The translations under genes and the position numbers were made by a program. DNA of 32,000 nt from Cupriavidus necator (GTDB taxonomy: Bacteria; Pseudomonadota; Gammaproteobacteria; Burkholderiales; Burkholderiaceae). The notes under the pieces were generated by a model. It was not told the origin of the DNA, did not search any database, and was given only the letters and a program-made list of their open reading frames with translations. Numbering within the stretch: the first letter of the stretch is position 1; each line of letters begins with the position of its first letter. Below are positions 8,082-16,830 of this stretch, piece after piece. Where the stretch lies: NCBI RefSeq assembly GCF_016127575.1, contig NZ_CP066018.1, positions 1 to 32,000 on the forward strand, given 5' to 3'.

Positions 8082-8900
8082 ATGCCGCAAGCAACATTTC
8101 TCTTTTTTCCATCTATGTCCGACGCAGACAAGTCACCCGGCAAGACGTCCATCCAGGTCATCGAGCGCATGATGACCCTGCTGGACGCGCTCGCGCAGCA
8201 CGCCGACCCGGTCAGCCTGAAAGAGCTGTCACTGGCCACGGGGCTGCATCCCTCCACCGCCCACCGCATCCTCAACGACATGGTGGCCTGCCGCTTTGTC
8301 GACCGTTCCGATCCCGGCAGCTACCGGCTCGGCATGCGGCTGCTGGAACTGGGCAACCTGGTCAAGGCACGCCTGTCCGTGCGCGACGCGGCGCTGGCGC
8401 CGATGCGCGCGCTGCACCGCGTCACCGGCCAGACCGTGAACCTGTCGGTGCGCCAGGGCGACGAGATCGTCTACATCGAGCGCGCCTACAGCGAGCGCTC
8501 GGGCATGCAGGTGGTGCGCGCCATCGGCGGCCGCGCGCCGCTGCACCTGACCTCGGTCGGCAAGCTGTTCCTGGCAGCGGACGAAGCCGCGCGCGTACGC
8601 AACTACGCCACCCGCACCGGGCTGGCCGGACATACCCGCACCTCGATCACCGACCTGACCAAGCTCGAGCGGGAGCTCAGCTGGGTGCGCTCCAACGGCT
8701 ATGCGCGCGACAACGAAGAGCTGGAACTGGGCGTGCGCTGCATTGCCGCCGGCATCTATGACGACTCGCGCCGGCTGGTGGCCGGGCTGTCGCTGTCGGC
8801 ACCGGCCGACCGGCTGCAGGACAGCTGGCTGCAAAACCTGAAGGACACGGCGCTGCAGATCTCGCGCGGCATGGGCTACGTGACCGAAGCCGCCGCCTGA
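8082..8900 (+). CDS. IclR-family transcriptional regulator
   Basis: This is the C-terminal part of track ORF 7152..8900. The wHTH is SIQVIERMMTLLDALAQHADPVSLKELSLATGLHPSTAHRILNDMV, followed by an IclR effector domain. Start is either ATG 8082 or ATG 8115 (MSDADK...); neither has a clear SD. Confidence 0.9.
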   Translation: MPQATFLFFPSMSDADKSPGKTSIQVIERMMTLLDALAQHADPVSLKELSLATGLHPSTAHRILNDMVACRFVDRSDPGSYRLGMRLLELGNLVKARLSVRDAALAPMRALHRVTGQTVNLSVRQGDEIVYIERAYSERSGMQVVRAIGGRAPLHLTSVGKLFLAADEAARVRNYATRTGLAGHTRTSITDLTKLERELSWVRSNGYARDNEELELGVRCIAAGIYDDSRRLVAGLSLSAPADRLQDSWLQNLKDTALQISRGMGYVTEAAA

Positions 8901-8923
8901 AGGCCGAATCGCCAGCCGCCGCC

Positions 8924-8960
8924 AACGCGCGGGCTGCCATCATGGCAGTCCGCGCGTTTT
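8924..8960 (+). terminator. Rho-independent terminator after iclR
   Basis: AACGCGCGGGCTGCC - ATCAT - GGCAGTCCGCGCGTT forms a 15-bp stem with one mismatch and runs into TTTT (8957..8960). Confidence 0.75.
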
Positions 8961-9039
8961 GCTTTGGGACTGCGGTCGTCTCAATTCCATGGTTTACCCT
9001 TAGTTTTCAGATAACCAGCAAACCATATAATTGGCACCC

Positions 9040-9789
9040 ATGCGAACCCGTGCCGTCACCCTCACCGAACAGGTCACCCGCCAGCTGCGCGCCGATATCG
9101 AAAGCGGCGCCTACCCGGTCGGCAGCCGGTTGCCGACCGGCAGGCAGCTGTCCGAGCAGTACGGCGTCAGCGCCGCGGTGATCCGCGAAGTCACCGAGCA
9201 CCTGCGTTCGCAGGGCTTCGTCGAGTCACGCCAGGGCGTCGGCTGCACGGTGCGCTCGCGTACCGGCTCGGCGGGATTCCAGCTGCCGCGCGAACCCGAT
9301 ATCGACGCCAGCGGGCTGGCCGACCTGTACGACCTGCGCATCGACCTGGAAGGCGCCGCCGCAGCGCTGGCCGCCGTGCGCCGCACCGATGAGGACGTGG
9401 CCGCACTGAGTGCACTGCTGCAGCGGCTGCGCGCTCATCTCTATGACCCGCAGCCGGCCGCCGATATCGACGCCGCGTTCCATATCGGCATTGCCGCCGC
9501 CACGCACAACCCCTACTACCGCCAGCTGCTGCAGTACCTGAACCTGCAGCTGCACCAGGCCGTGGCCACCGCGCGCGCCAATACGCTGCGCCAGGCAGGC
9601 CTGGCCGAGACCGTGCATGCCGAGCATGAAGCGATCGTCGATGCCATCCGCCGTGGCGATGCCGCGGCAGCCCGCGCGGCCGCGGTGACACACCTGCAAT
9701 GCGCGGCGCGCCGGCTTGGCTTGGTGCTGCGCACGCGCGCCGATGAAGCGTCGACAGCGCGCGTAGCCAGCTCCCCTTCCCTTTCCTGA
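9040..9789 (+). CDS. GntR-family (FadR/FCD subfamily) transcriptional regulator
   Basis: Track ORF 9031..9789. The wHTH is LPTGRQLSEQYGVSAAVIREVTEHLRSQGFVESRQGVGCTV, followed by a helical FCD-like C-terminal domain. The ATG at 9040 is preferred over the TTG at 9031. Confidence 0.9.
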   Translation: MRTRAVTLTEQVTRQLRADIESGAYPVGSRLPTGRQLSEQYGVSAAVIREVTEHLRSQGFVESRQGVGCTVRSRTGSAGFQLPREPDIDASGLADLYDLRIDLEGAAAALAAVRRTDEDVAALSALLQRLRAHLYDPQPAADIDAAFHIGIAAATHNPYYRQLLQYLNLQLHQAVATARANTLRQAGLAETVHAEHEAIVDAIRRGDAAAARAAAVTHLQCAARRLGLVLRTRADEASTARVASSPSLS

Positions 9790-9804
9790 GACGACACCAC
9801 CATC

Positions 9805-11217
9805 ATGCAAACCGGCCAATTCGCCCAGCGGCTCACCGAGGCCCTCGGCGCCGACACCGTCCTGACCAACCCCGACGACATCGCCCCGTGGCTGTCCGAC
9901 TGGCGCGGCATCTACCGCGGCCAGGCCCAGGCCGTGCTGCGGCCGCGCACCGTGGACGAAGTCTCGCGCGCCCTGGCGTTGTGCCAGCAGGCCGCGGTGC
10001 CGGTGGTGCCGCGCGGCGGCAATACCGGCCTGTGCGGCGGCGCCACGCCCGATGCGCAGGCGCAGAACGTGGTGCTGAGCCTGGACCGCATGAACGCGGT
10101 GCGCTCGCTCGACACCATCGCCAACACCATGGTTGCAGAGGCCGGCTGCATCCTCGGCAACCTGCGCCGCGCGGCGCAAGACGCCAACCGGCTGCTGCCG
10201 CTGTCGCTGGCCGCCGAAGACTCATGCCAGATCGGCGGCAACCTTGCGACCAATGCCGGCGGCGTGAACGTGGTGCGCTATGGCATGGCGCGCGAACTGG
10301 TGCTGGGCGTGGAAGCGGTGCTGCCCAACGGCGAGGTCTTCCATGGCCTGCGCACGCTGCGCAAGGACAATACCGGCTATGACCTGAAGCAGCTGCTGGT
10401 CGGCTCCGAAGGTACGCTCGGCGTAATCACCGCGGCCGCGCTGCGGCTGTTCCCGCGTACCGACACGCGCAGTGTGGTGCTGGCGGCGGTGGCCTCGCCG
10501 GCGCAGTCGCTGGCACTCTATGAACTGCTGTTTGAACAATGCGGCGCGCGCCTGCAGGCGTTCGAATTCTTTACCGGCGATTGCCTGGACTTGGTGCTCA
10601 CGCACGCAGAGGGCGTGCAGGAGCCGTTCGCGCAACGCTACCCCGCCTACGTATTGGTGGAACTGGCCGACACCACGGACGAAGATGCGCTGAACGCGCT
10701 GCTCGAACGCGTTATCGGCGAAGCGCTGGAGCGCGAGCTGTGCCTCGATGCAGCCGTGTCTGCCTCGCTCGCACAATTGCAGGCGCTGTGGAAACTGCGC
10801 GAGGAAATCTCCGAGGCGCAGCGCGCCGACGGCCCGCACCTGAAGCACGACATCTCGCTCCCGATCGAGCAGATTCCGGCCTTCATGACCTCGATGGAAA
10901 CGCGGCTGCGTGGGCTCGATCCCGCCATCCGGCCCTTTATCTTCGGGCACTTCGGCGACGGCAACCTGCACTACAACCTGTCGCGCCCGGCCGGCGCGCC
11001 CAAGGACTGGGCGGCCACGCAAGGCGATGCGGTGACCGACGCGGTGCTGGACGAAGTGATGCGCTACGGCGGCAGCATCAGCGCCGAGCATGGCATCGGC
11101 CAGCTCAAGCGCCATGCCTTCCTGACCATGAAGGACCCGCTGGAACTGCGGCTGATGCGCGAGATCAAGGCCGTGTTCGACCCGGCCGGGATCATGAACC
11201 CAGGCAAGCTGCTCTGA
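9805..11217 (+). CDS. FAD-linked oxidase, GlcD / D-lactate (D-2-hydroxyacid) dehydrogenase family
   Basis: Track ORF 9805..11217, 470 aa. The FAD_binding_4-type N-terminus has VVPRGGNTGLCGGATP. The C-terminal FAD-oxidase domain has SAEHGIGQLKR...FDPAGIMNPGKLL. The gene starts 15 nt after gntR. Confidence 0.9.
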   Translation: MQTGQFAQRLTEALGADTVLTNPDDIAPWLSDWRGIYRGQAQAVLRPRTVDEVSRALALCQQAAVPVVPRGGNTGLCGGATPDAQAQNVVLSLDRMNAVRSLDTIANTMVAEAGCILGNLRRAAQDANRLLPLSLAAEDSCQIGGNLATNAGGVNVVRYGMARELVLGVEAVLPNGEVFHGLRTLRKDNTGYDLKQLLVGSEGTLGVITAAALRLFPRTDTRSVVLAAVASPAQSLALYELLFEQCGARLQAFEFFTGDCLDLVLTHAEGVQEPFAQRYPAYVLVELADTTDEDALNALLERVIGEALERELCLDAAVSASLAQLQALWKLREEISEAQRADGPHLKHDISLPIEQIPAFMTSMETRLRGLDPAIRPFIFGHFGDGNLHYNLSRPAGAPKDWAATQGDAVTDAVLDEVMRYGGSISAEHGIGQLKRHAFLTMKDPLELRLMREIKAVFDPAGIMNPGKLL

Positions 11218-11237
11218 CGGCCGCGGCCGCCAGAACG

Positions 11238-11267
11238 AAAAACGCGCCGTGGCACGGCGCGTTTTTT
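11238..11267. terminator. Bidirectional intrinsic terminator between convergent genes
   Basis: AAAAA-ACGCGCCG-TGGCA-CGGCGCGT-TTTTT. The A-run on one side and T-run on the other allow it to work for both the + strand dehydrogenase and the - strand PBP gene. Confidence 0.8.
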
Positions 11268-11286
11268 CCCGGTCAGGCGTTCCGTA

Positions 11287-12510
11287 TCAGATGCCGCGCG
11301 ACTGTTGCGAGGCCAGGATCGCGTGCGCGCCGCCCGGAGCCTGCGTCAGGTTCGGCGACGACGGGAAACCACGCTGCGGCGACGATGGCGACGGCGCATG
11401 CTCCAGCCAGTCCTTGACGCGGTTGGCATCGGCAAAGCGCGACAGCTTGCCGGCCGAGTCCAGGAACACCATCACCACGTTGCGGCCCTGGACCTTGGCC
11501 TGCATCACCAGGCACTGGCCGGCCTCGGAGATAAAGCCGGTCTTCTGCAGGCCGATCTCCCAGTTGCCGCCGCGCACCAGGCGGTTAGTGCTGACGTAGT
11601 GCTGGGTGCGGCCCAGCACGTTGACCTCATGCTCGGTCTGCGTCGAGAACTCGCGGATGGTCGGGTTGCGATACGCCGCGTTGACCATGCGCACCAGGTC
11701 CGTCGCGCTCGACACATTGCTGCTCGACAGCCCGCTGGAATCGACGAAGTGGCTGTCGTTCATGCCCAGCTCGCGGGCCTTGCGGTTCATCGCCTGGACA
11801 AAGGCCGGCAGGCCGCCCGGGTAGTTGCGGCCCAGCGCCGACGCGGCGCGGTTCTCGGACGACATCAGCGCCAGCAGCAGCAATTCCTGGCGCGTCAGCT
11901 GCGTACCAAAGCGCAGGCGCGAGCCGCTGTGCTTTTCGGTGTCGCGGTCTTCCTCGGAGATGGTCAGCACTTCGTCCATCGGCAGGCGGGCGTCCATCAC
12001 CACCAGCGCGGTCATCAGCTTGGTGATCGAAGCGATCGGCAGCACCGCACTGGCGTTCTTCTGGAACAGCACCTCGTTGGAATTCTGGTCCATCACCAGT
12101 GCCACGCTGGAGCGCAGTGCCAGCGCGTCGTCAGTGTCACGCAAGCCCATGGCTTCGCCCAGCGACGGCTTGGCCGGGGTGAAGGCGGCGCGCACGGGTG
12201 CGGCACGCTGGGCTACGACGGTATGGCGCTTGCCATTTTTCAGCACCACCACTTTGCGTGTGCTGCTTGCTTCGCGCTTGGCGACCTTGCCGCTACGCGA
12301 GCTCTTGGCAACAATCTTCGAAGCACCCTTTTTCTCGGCGTTAACCGATTTTACCTGCTTTTTCGACGTTTTTTGGGTAGTTGCGGACTTGGTGGCCGCT
12401 TCGGCCACAGGTGCCGCGACCATCGACACCGATACCAGGACCGCGGTGGCAACAGCGGACAGGGGTGCGGAGCCGAAGAATCTGGAAAAAATGGAATCAG
12501 ACCGGAACAT
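11287..12510 (-). CDS. D-alanyl-D-alanine endopeptidase/carboxypeptidase (PBP7/PbpG-like, peptidase S11)
   Basis: Track ORF 11287..12618 trimmed to the signal peptide MFRSDSIFSRFFGSAPLSAVATAVLVSVSMVAAPVAEA. The active-site triad motifs are SITK (SxxK), SEN (SxN) and KTG. Length is 407 aa. Confidence 0.88.
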   Translation of the reverse strand: MFRSDSIFSRFFGSAPLSAVATAVLVSVSMVAAPVAEAATKSATTQKTSKKQVKSVNAEKKGASKIVAKSSRSGKVAKREASSTRKVVVLKNGKRHTVVAQRAAPVRAAFTPAKPSLGEAMGLRDTDDALALRSSVALVMDQNSNEVLFQKNASAVLPIASITKLMTALVVMDARLPMDEVLTISEEDRDTEKHSGSRLRFGTQLTRQELLLLALMSSENRAASALGRNYPGGLPAFVQAMNRKARELGMNDSHFVDSSGLSSSNVSSATDLVRMVNAAYRNPTIREFSTQTEHEVNVLGRTQHYVSTNRLVRGGNWEIGLQKTGFISEAGQCLVMQAKVQGRNVVMVFLDSAGKLSRFADANRVKDWLEHAPSPSSPQRGFPSSPNLTQAPGGAHAILASQQSRGI

Positions 12511-12793
12511 GATTCGTTCAGCGCATAGGAATGGCGCTAGTGTAGGAAAGAAAGAAATTGTTAGCAAGATTAAAGACTTACAGACGCTCCTTAAAGTTCG
12601 ATTTGCAAACATTTCCACATTGCGGAAAAAGCAACCAAAAGGTCACGTTTGCATGCGAACCGCCTCTGGCTTGCCCCAGGCGTACCCGGGTTCACCTTGC
12701 TGCCCCTTGGAACACTCCCAGCCAATACACGGACGTCGTCTTGTATATCGGCACTCATCGTTACACATTGATACAAACTTTTCTCAAACTTTG

Positions 12794-13507
12794 CTATGAG
12801 AGGAAACGCGCGAACCCGCTGACCGGCTCACGTTCCGTGGTCAGCTGGTTCTCGATCGCTTCCGGGTCGGCAAAACCCAGTGACATGCCGCATACCACCA
12901 TTTCCTCCGGTGGCAGCCGCAGGTGGCTGCCAATAATCTTGTGGAACTGCGTGAACGCCGCCTGCGGACAGGTATCAAGCCCGCGCGCCCGGGCGGCGAC
13001 CATGATGCTTTGCAGGAACATGCCGTAGTCCAGCCAGCTGCCCTGCTCCATGATGCGGTCGATGGTGAAGATCATCCCCACCGGCGCATCGAAGAAACGG
13101 AAATTGCGCGCGTGCTGCTCATGCATGCGCGCCTTGTCTTCGCGGCTGATCTCAAGCAGTCCGTACAGGTCCCAGCCCACCTTGCGCCGCCGCGACAAGT
13201 AGGGGTCGGCCCACTCGCGCGGGTAGTACGGATACTCTTCCAGGTACTTGCTGTCGCGCTCGGGGTCTTCGTAGGCGCCCAGCACATCGGCGCACAGCTT
13301 GGCCTTCGCCTCGCCGGACAGCACATAGACGCGCCACGGCTGCGTATTGGTGCCCGACGGCGCACGGCTGGCTACGGCCAGGATTTCCTCGACGGTCCGG
13401 CGCGGCACCTGCGTATCGAGAAAGGCCCGCACCGAACGCCGCGTCAGGATCGCGCGATCCACGCAGTCCACGGCATCCTGCGAACCGAATTGCACCTCGT
13501 GGGACAT
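12794..13507 (-). CDS. Nitroreductase-family flavoprotein
   Basis: Track ORF 12794..13516. The family-typical N-terminus is ILTRRSVRAFLDTQVP...ILAVASRAPSGTNTQPWRV. The AGGAG abuts the ATG at 13516 but lies 9 nt before the ATG at 13507, so 13507 is preferred. Confidence 0.88.
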   Translation of the reverse strand: MSHEVQFGSQDAVDCVDRAILTRRSVRAFLDTQVPRRTVEEILAVASRAPSGTNTQPWRVYVLSGEAKAKLCADVLGAYEDPERDSKYLEEYPYYPREWADPYLSRRRKVGWDLYGLLEISREDKARMHEQHARNFRFFDAPVGMIFTIDRIMEQGSWLDYGMFLQSIMVAARARGLDTCPQAAFTQFHKIIGSHLRLPPEEMVVCGMSLGFADPEAIENQLTTEREPVSGFARFLS

Positions 13508-13533
13508 CTTGTTCATCTCCTGTTGCCCCGTTC

Positions 13534-13992
13534 CTACCCTTGCCCGCCCGTCACCGCGTCGGCCATCACCAACGGCAGCAGCGCCTCGCGCAGCGGCTCC
13601 GGCAACGGCACCGGCCGGCGCGTGGCGCGATCGACATAGACGTGGATGAAATGCCCCTGCGCGGCGGCAGTCTCGTTGTCGCCGCTGAACAGCCCGACCT
13701 CATAGCGCACGCTCGACGTGCCCAGTCTTGCCACGCGCAGGCCGGCCACCACGGTCTCGGGAAAGCTCAGCGACGAGAAGTAGTTGCACTGCGTCTCGAT
13801 CACCAGCCCGATCGTGTCGCCCGACGTGACATCGAGCACGCCCTGCCGGATCAGGTAGGTATTCACCACGGTATCAAAGTAACTGTAGTAGACAACGTTG
13901 TTAACGTGGCCATAGACATCGTTATCCATCCAACGCGTGGTGATCGGCTGGAAGTACGGATAGGCACTGCGCGACTCGGCTTGCGGTTTCAT
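13534..13992 (-). CDS. Hotdog-fold acyl-CoA thioesterase (4HBT/YbgC-like)
   Basis: Track ORF 13534..14127 trimmed to MKPQAESRSAYPYFQPITTRWMDNDVYGHVNNVVYYSYFD, which carries the D-x-x-x-x-G-H-V-N-N catalytic region. Length is 152 aa. Confidence 0.85.
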   Translation of the reverse strand: MKPQAESRSAYPYFQPITTRWMDNDVYGHVNNVVYYSYFDTVVNTYLIRQGVLDVTSGDTIGLVIETQCNYFSSLSFPETVVAGLRVARLGTSSVRYEVGLFSGDNETAAAQGHFIHVYVDRATRRPVPLPEPLREALLPLVMADAVTGGQG

Positions 13993-14050
13993 GAGACGTG
14001 GACGGGACAGGATGGGATAGGAATATTCTGAAGTAGCCGCATACGCGACA

Positions 14051-14977
14051 CTACCGGCGGATGACAAGTGCGACACCAAGCGCCGCGAGCACCATGCCGG
14101 CAGCGGCCAGCGGCGGAAAGCGCTCACCGAAGAGCAGCCACGCCGTCACCGCGGTAGTGGGCGGCGTCAGGTACATCAGGCTCGACACCTTGGTGGCCGC
14201 GCCCCGCCGGATCAGCAGGAACAGCAGCGAGATGGCGCCGATCGACAGCGCCACCACCGACCACGCCATGGCACCAAGCATCGCGGCACTCCACTGCACC
14301 GCGCGGGTCTCGAACAGGAACATGAACGGCACGCACGCAAGTGCCGCCGCGGCGAACTGGATCACCGAGCCCATGCGCAGGTCGAACACCGGGCAGAAGT
14401 GCTTCTGGTAGACCGTGCCGACGGTGATGCTGAGCAAGGCGCCACCCGCCAGTGCCAGGCTTGCCGGCGTGAGTCCGCTGGCACCCAGCTTGTTGGCCAC
14501 CACCAGCGCCACGCCGGCGATGCCGAGCAGCAGGCCCAGCCACGCGCGCGCGCCGATGCGCTCACCCATGCGCGTGGCGATCAGCGCGGTCAGGATCGGC
14601 TGCATGCCGACGATCAGCGCCGATACGCCGGCAGGCATGCCAAGCTTGATCGCAGCCCAGACGCCACCCAGGTAGCCCGTCTGCAGCAACAGCCCCGCTA
14701 CGGCGATATGGCCGACCGCGGACCAGTCCGTTTGCGCCTTGCCCGGCAGGCGCGGCAGCGGCACGCGCGCCAGCAGCACGAATGGCACCATCAGCACCAC
14801 CACGCCGGCAAAGCGCAGGAACAGGAAGGTCATCGGCTCCGCGTACGGCATGCCGTATTTGGCAACGATAAAGCCGGTGCTCCAGATCAGCACGAACAGC
14901 CACGGCATCGACGCCACCCACAGCGTGGCGCGGGCGCTTGACGCTGCTGCGCCGCCTTGCTCCATCACGCCGCTCAT
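14051..14977 (-). CDS. DMT-superfamily (EamA-like) transporter
   Basis: Track ORF 14051..14977. It has about 10 hydrophobic segments in two EamA-like halves. Its ATG (14977..14975) overlaps the upstream TGA (14976..14974) as ATGA. Confidence 0.85.
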   Translation of the reverse strand: MSGVMEQGGAAASSARATLWVASMPWLFVLIWSTGFIVAKYGMPYAEPMTFLFLRFAGVVVLMVPFVLLARVPLPRLPGKAQTDWSAVGHIAVAGLLLQTGYLGGVWAAIKLGMPAGVSALIVGMQPILTALIATRMGERIGARAWLGLLLGIAGVALVVANKLGASGLTPASLALAGGALLSITVGTVYQKHFCPVFDLRMGSVIQFAAAALACVPFMFLFETRAVQWSAAMLGAMAWSVVALSIGAISLLFLLIRRGAATKVSSLMYLTPPTTAVTAWLLFGERFPPLAAAGMVLAALGVALVIRR

Positions 14978-15894
14978 GTGGCCAGCAGCGCCTGTGCATG
15001 GCGCGCGTGATATTGTGCGGCCAGGCTTACGGTCTGCGCGTGGACCGCAACCGTGTCCTCGATCTGGTTGCCGTAGCCGCCCGCCATCGCCACCGCCACC
15101 GGCAACTGGCGTGCATGCGCGGCATCGAACACCAGCCGGTCGCGCCGTGCCAGGCCCGCCAAGGTCAGCCTGAGCCGCCCGAGGCGATCGCCCTCATGCG
15201 GATCGGCGCCGGCCAGGTAGATGATCAGCTCGGGATCGAAGCGGCTGAACAGCGTGTCCAGCGCCGCCTGCAGCGCCTGCGCATAGGTATCGTCGTCGCA
15301 GCCGTCCGGCAGGCCGACGTCCAGGTCGCTGGCCTCTTTGCGGAACGGATAGTTCTTCTCGCCATGCAGCGACAACGTGAACACGGACGGATCGCCTTGC
15401 AGGATCGACGCGGTGCCGTTGCCCTGGTGCACATCCAGGTCGACCACGGCCACGCGGCGCACGGCGCCATCGCGCTGCAGCACGCGCGCCGCAATCGCGG
15501 CATCGTTGAACACGCAGAAGCCGCCGCCCTTGTCGGCATACGCATGGTGGGTGCCGCCCGCCAGGTTCACGGCAATGCCTTCGCGCAGCGCCGTCCGGCA
15601 GGCCTCGATGGTGGCGCCTGCGGAGCGCCGCGAGCGTTCCACCATGGCCTCGGACCACGGGAAGCCGATCTCGCGCTGGCGCGCCGCGTCGAGCGTGCCG
15701 GCTGACGCGGCCTGCACGTACCCGGGCGTGTGCGCCAGCAACAAGGCATCGTCGCCCGCGCGCGGCGCCTCAACCAGGCGCAGCCCCGGCACCTGCGCCG
15801 CGACGGCATCGCGCAGCATGCTGTACTTGCGCATCGGGAAACGGTGCCCGGGTGGCAGTGGCAGCACAAAATGGTCGGCATAGAAAGCGAGCAT
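14974..15894 (-). CDS. Histone deacetylase-family (HDAC/AcuC/acetylpolyamine amidohydrolase-like) zinc hydrolase
   Basis: Track ORF 14974..16179 trimmed to MLAFYADHFVLPLPPGHRFPMRKY (ATG at 15894), giving 306 aa. Motifs are GGTHHAYADKGGGFCVFND, the Zn ligands in DLDVHQGNG, and a C-terminal MAGGYG (catalytic Tyr). Confidence 0.88.
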   Translation of the reverse strand: MLAFYADHFVLPLPPGHRFPMRKYSMLRDAVAAQVPGLRLVEAPRAGDDALLLAHTPGYVQAASAGTLDAARQREIGFPWSEAMVERSRRSAGATIEACRTALREGIAVNLAGGTHHAYADKGGGFCVFNDAAIAARVLQRDGAVRRVAVVDLDVHQGNGTASILQGDPSVFTLSLHGEKNYPFRKEASDLDVGLPDGCDDDTYAQALQAALDTLFSRFDPELIIYLAGADPHEGDRLGRLRLTLAGLARRDRLVFDAAHARQLPVAVAMAGGYGNQIEDTVAVHAQTVSLAAQYHARHAQALLAT

Positions 15895-16055
15895 GGAAGT
15901 GGCCTGGGCGGTTCTGTTCACGTCTTTGTTAGTTCCCGGCGCGGCCATCCGTGCGGGCGCGGGCAATCCGCGATGGTAGCACCCCTGCATGGCCCTCGCC
16001 GGAGCGCCCCGGAGTGGCGTCACAGCCGCTCCCGTGTATCGCCAGCAACGTTGTT

Positions 16056-16068
16056 TGTGCATTGCACA
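16056..16068. promoter_or_regulatory. Perfect palindrome TGTGCA-T-TGCACA just upstream of the phaP1 -35 (candidate PhaR operator)
   Basis: The 6-1-6 dyad ends 8 nt before the TTGACA hexamer. As I recall it, PhaR was footprinted on a site immediately upstream of the phaP1 -35. Confidence 0.5.
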
Positions 16069-16076
16069 AAATCCAC

Positions 16077-16104
16077 TTGACATTGGATCTGGCGCCCCTA
16101 AAAT
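16077..16104 (+). promoter_or_regulatory. Near-consensus sigma70 promoter of phaP1
   Basis: TTGACA (16077..16082), 16-nt spacer, TAAAAT (16099..16104). This implies a leader of roughly 140 nt to the ATG at 16252. Confidence 0.7.
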
Positions 16105-16116
16105 AGGAATTGTTGC

Positions 16117-16140
16117 GGCGCACCAAATAAGAAATGCGCC
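16117..16140. promoter_or_regulatory. Inverted repeat GGCGCA-N12-TGCGCC at or just after the predicted phaP1 transcription start (second candidate operator, or a leader hairpin)
   Basis: The two 6-bp arms are perfect and flank the A-rich spacer CCAAATAAGAAA. The repeat starts about 13 nt downstream of the -10 hexamer. Confidence 0.4.
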
Positions 16141-16251
16141 TTGACCCACCCACACGCCTGGGCTGGCCGAATCGGGCACAACACCGTCACGGCCCTGACA
16201 TCTAGGCGGCTTAATTTGCTAGACCTTGAAGTTCACCACTGGAGACCAGCA

Positions 16252-16830
16252 ATGATCCTCACCCCGGAACAAGTTGCAGCAGCGCAAAAGGCCAACCTCG
16301 AAACGCTGTTCGGCCTGACCACCAAGGCGTTTGAAGGCGTCGAAAAGCTCGTCGAGCTGAACCTGCAGGTCGTCAAGACTTCGTTCGCAGAAGGCGTTGA
16401 CAACGCCAAGAAGGCGCTGTCGGCCAAGGACGCACAGGAACTGCTGGCCATCCAGGCCGCAGCCGTGCAGCCGGTTGCCGAAAAGACCCTGGCCTACACC
16501 CGCCACCTGTATGAAATCGCTTCGGAAACCCAGAGCGAGTTCACCAAGGTAGCCGAGGCTCAACTGGCCGAAGGCTCGAAGAACGTGCAAGCGCTGGTCG
16601 AGAACCTCGCCAAGAACGCCCCGGCCGGTTCGGAATCGACCGTGGCCATCGTGAAGTCGGCGATCTCCGCTGCCAACAACGCCTACGAGTCGGTGCAGAA
16701 GGCGACCAAGCAAGCGGTCGAAATCGCTGAAACCAACTTCCAGGCTGCGGCTACGGCTGCCACCAAGGCTGCCCAGCAAGCCAGCGCCACGGCCCGTACG
16801 GCCACGGCAAAGAAGACGACGGCTGCCTGA
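16252..16830 (+). CDS. phaP1: Phasin (PHA granule-associated protein)
   Basis: This is the C-terminal 192 aa of track ORF 16141..16830 ([39 protein letters not shown]...[14 protein letters not shown]). A GGAGA SD lies 6 nt upstream. The Ala-rich amphipathic helical phasin_2-type sequence matches my recollection of R. eutropha PhaP1. Confidence 0.95.
   Translation: MILTPEQVAAAQKANLETLFGLTTKAFEGVEKLVELNLQVVKTSFAEGVDNAKKALSAKDAQELLAIQAAAVQPVAEKTLAYTRHLYEIASETQSEFTKVAEAQLAEGSKNVQALVENLAKNAPAGSESTVAIVKSAISAANNAYESVQKATKQAVEIAETNFQAAATAATKAAQQASATARTATAKKTTAA

Noticed and set aside
12511-12793. The relatively AT-rich 283-bp non-coding stretch between the PBP and nitroreductase genes, inspected for a tRNA, ncRNA or IS remnant.
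   Set aside because: I found no cloverleaf-compatible stems, terminal inverted repeats or terminator-bounded unit. It contains a plausible PBP promoter (TTGCTA-N17-TACACT on the minus strand, 12567..12539), and the track ORFs here lack SDs and coding-like composition.
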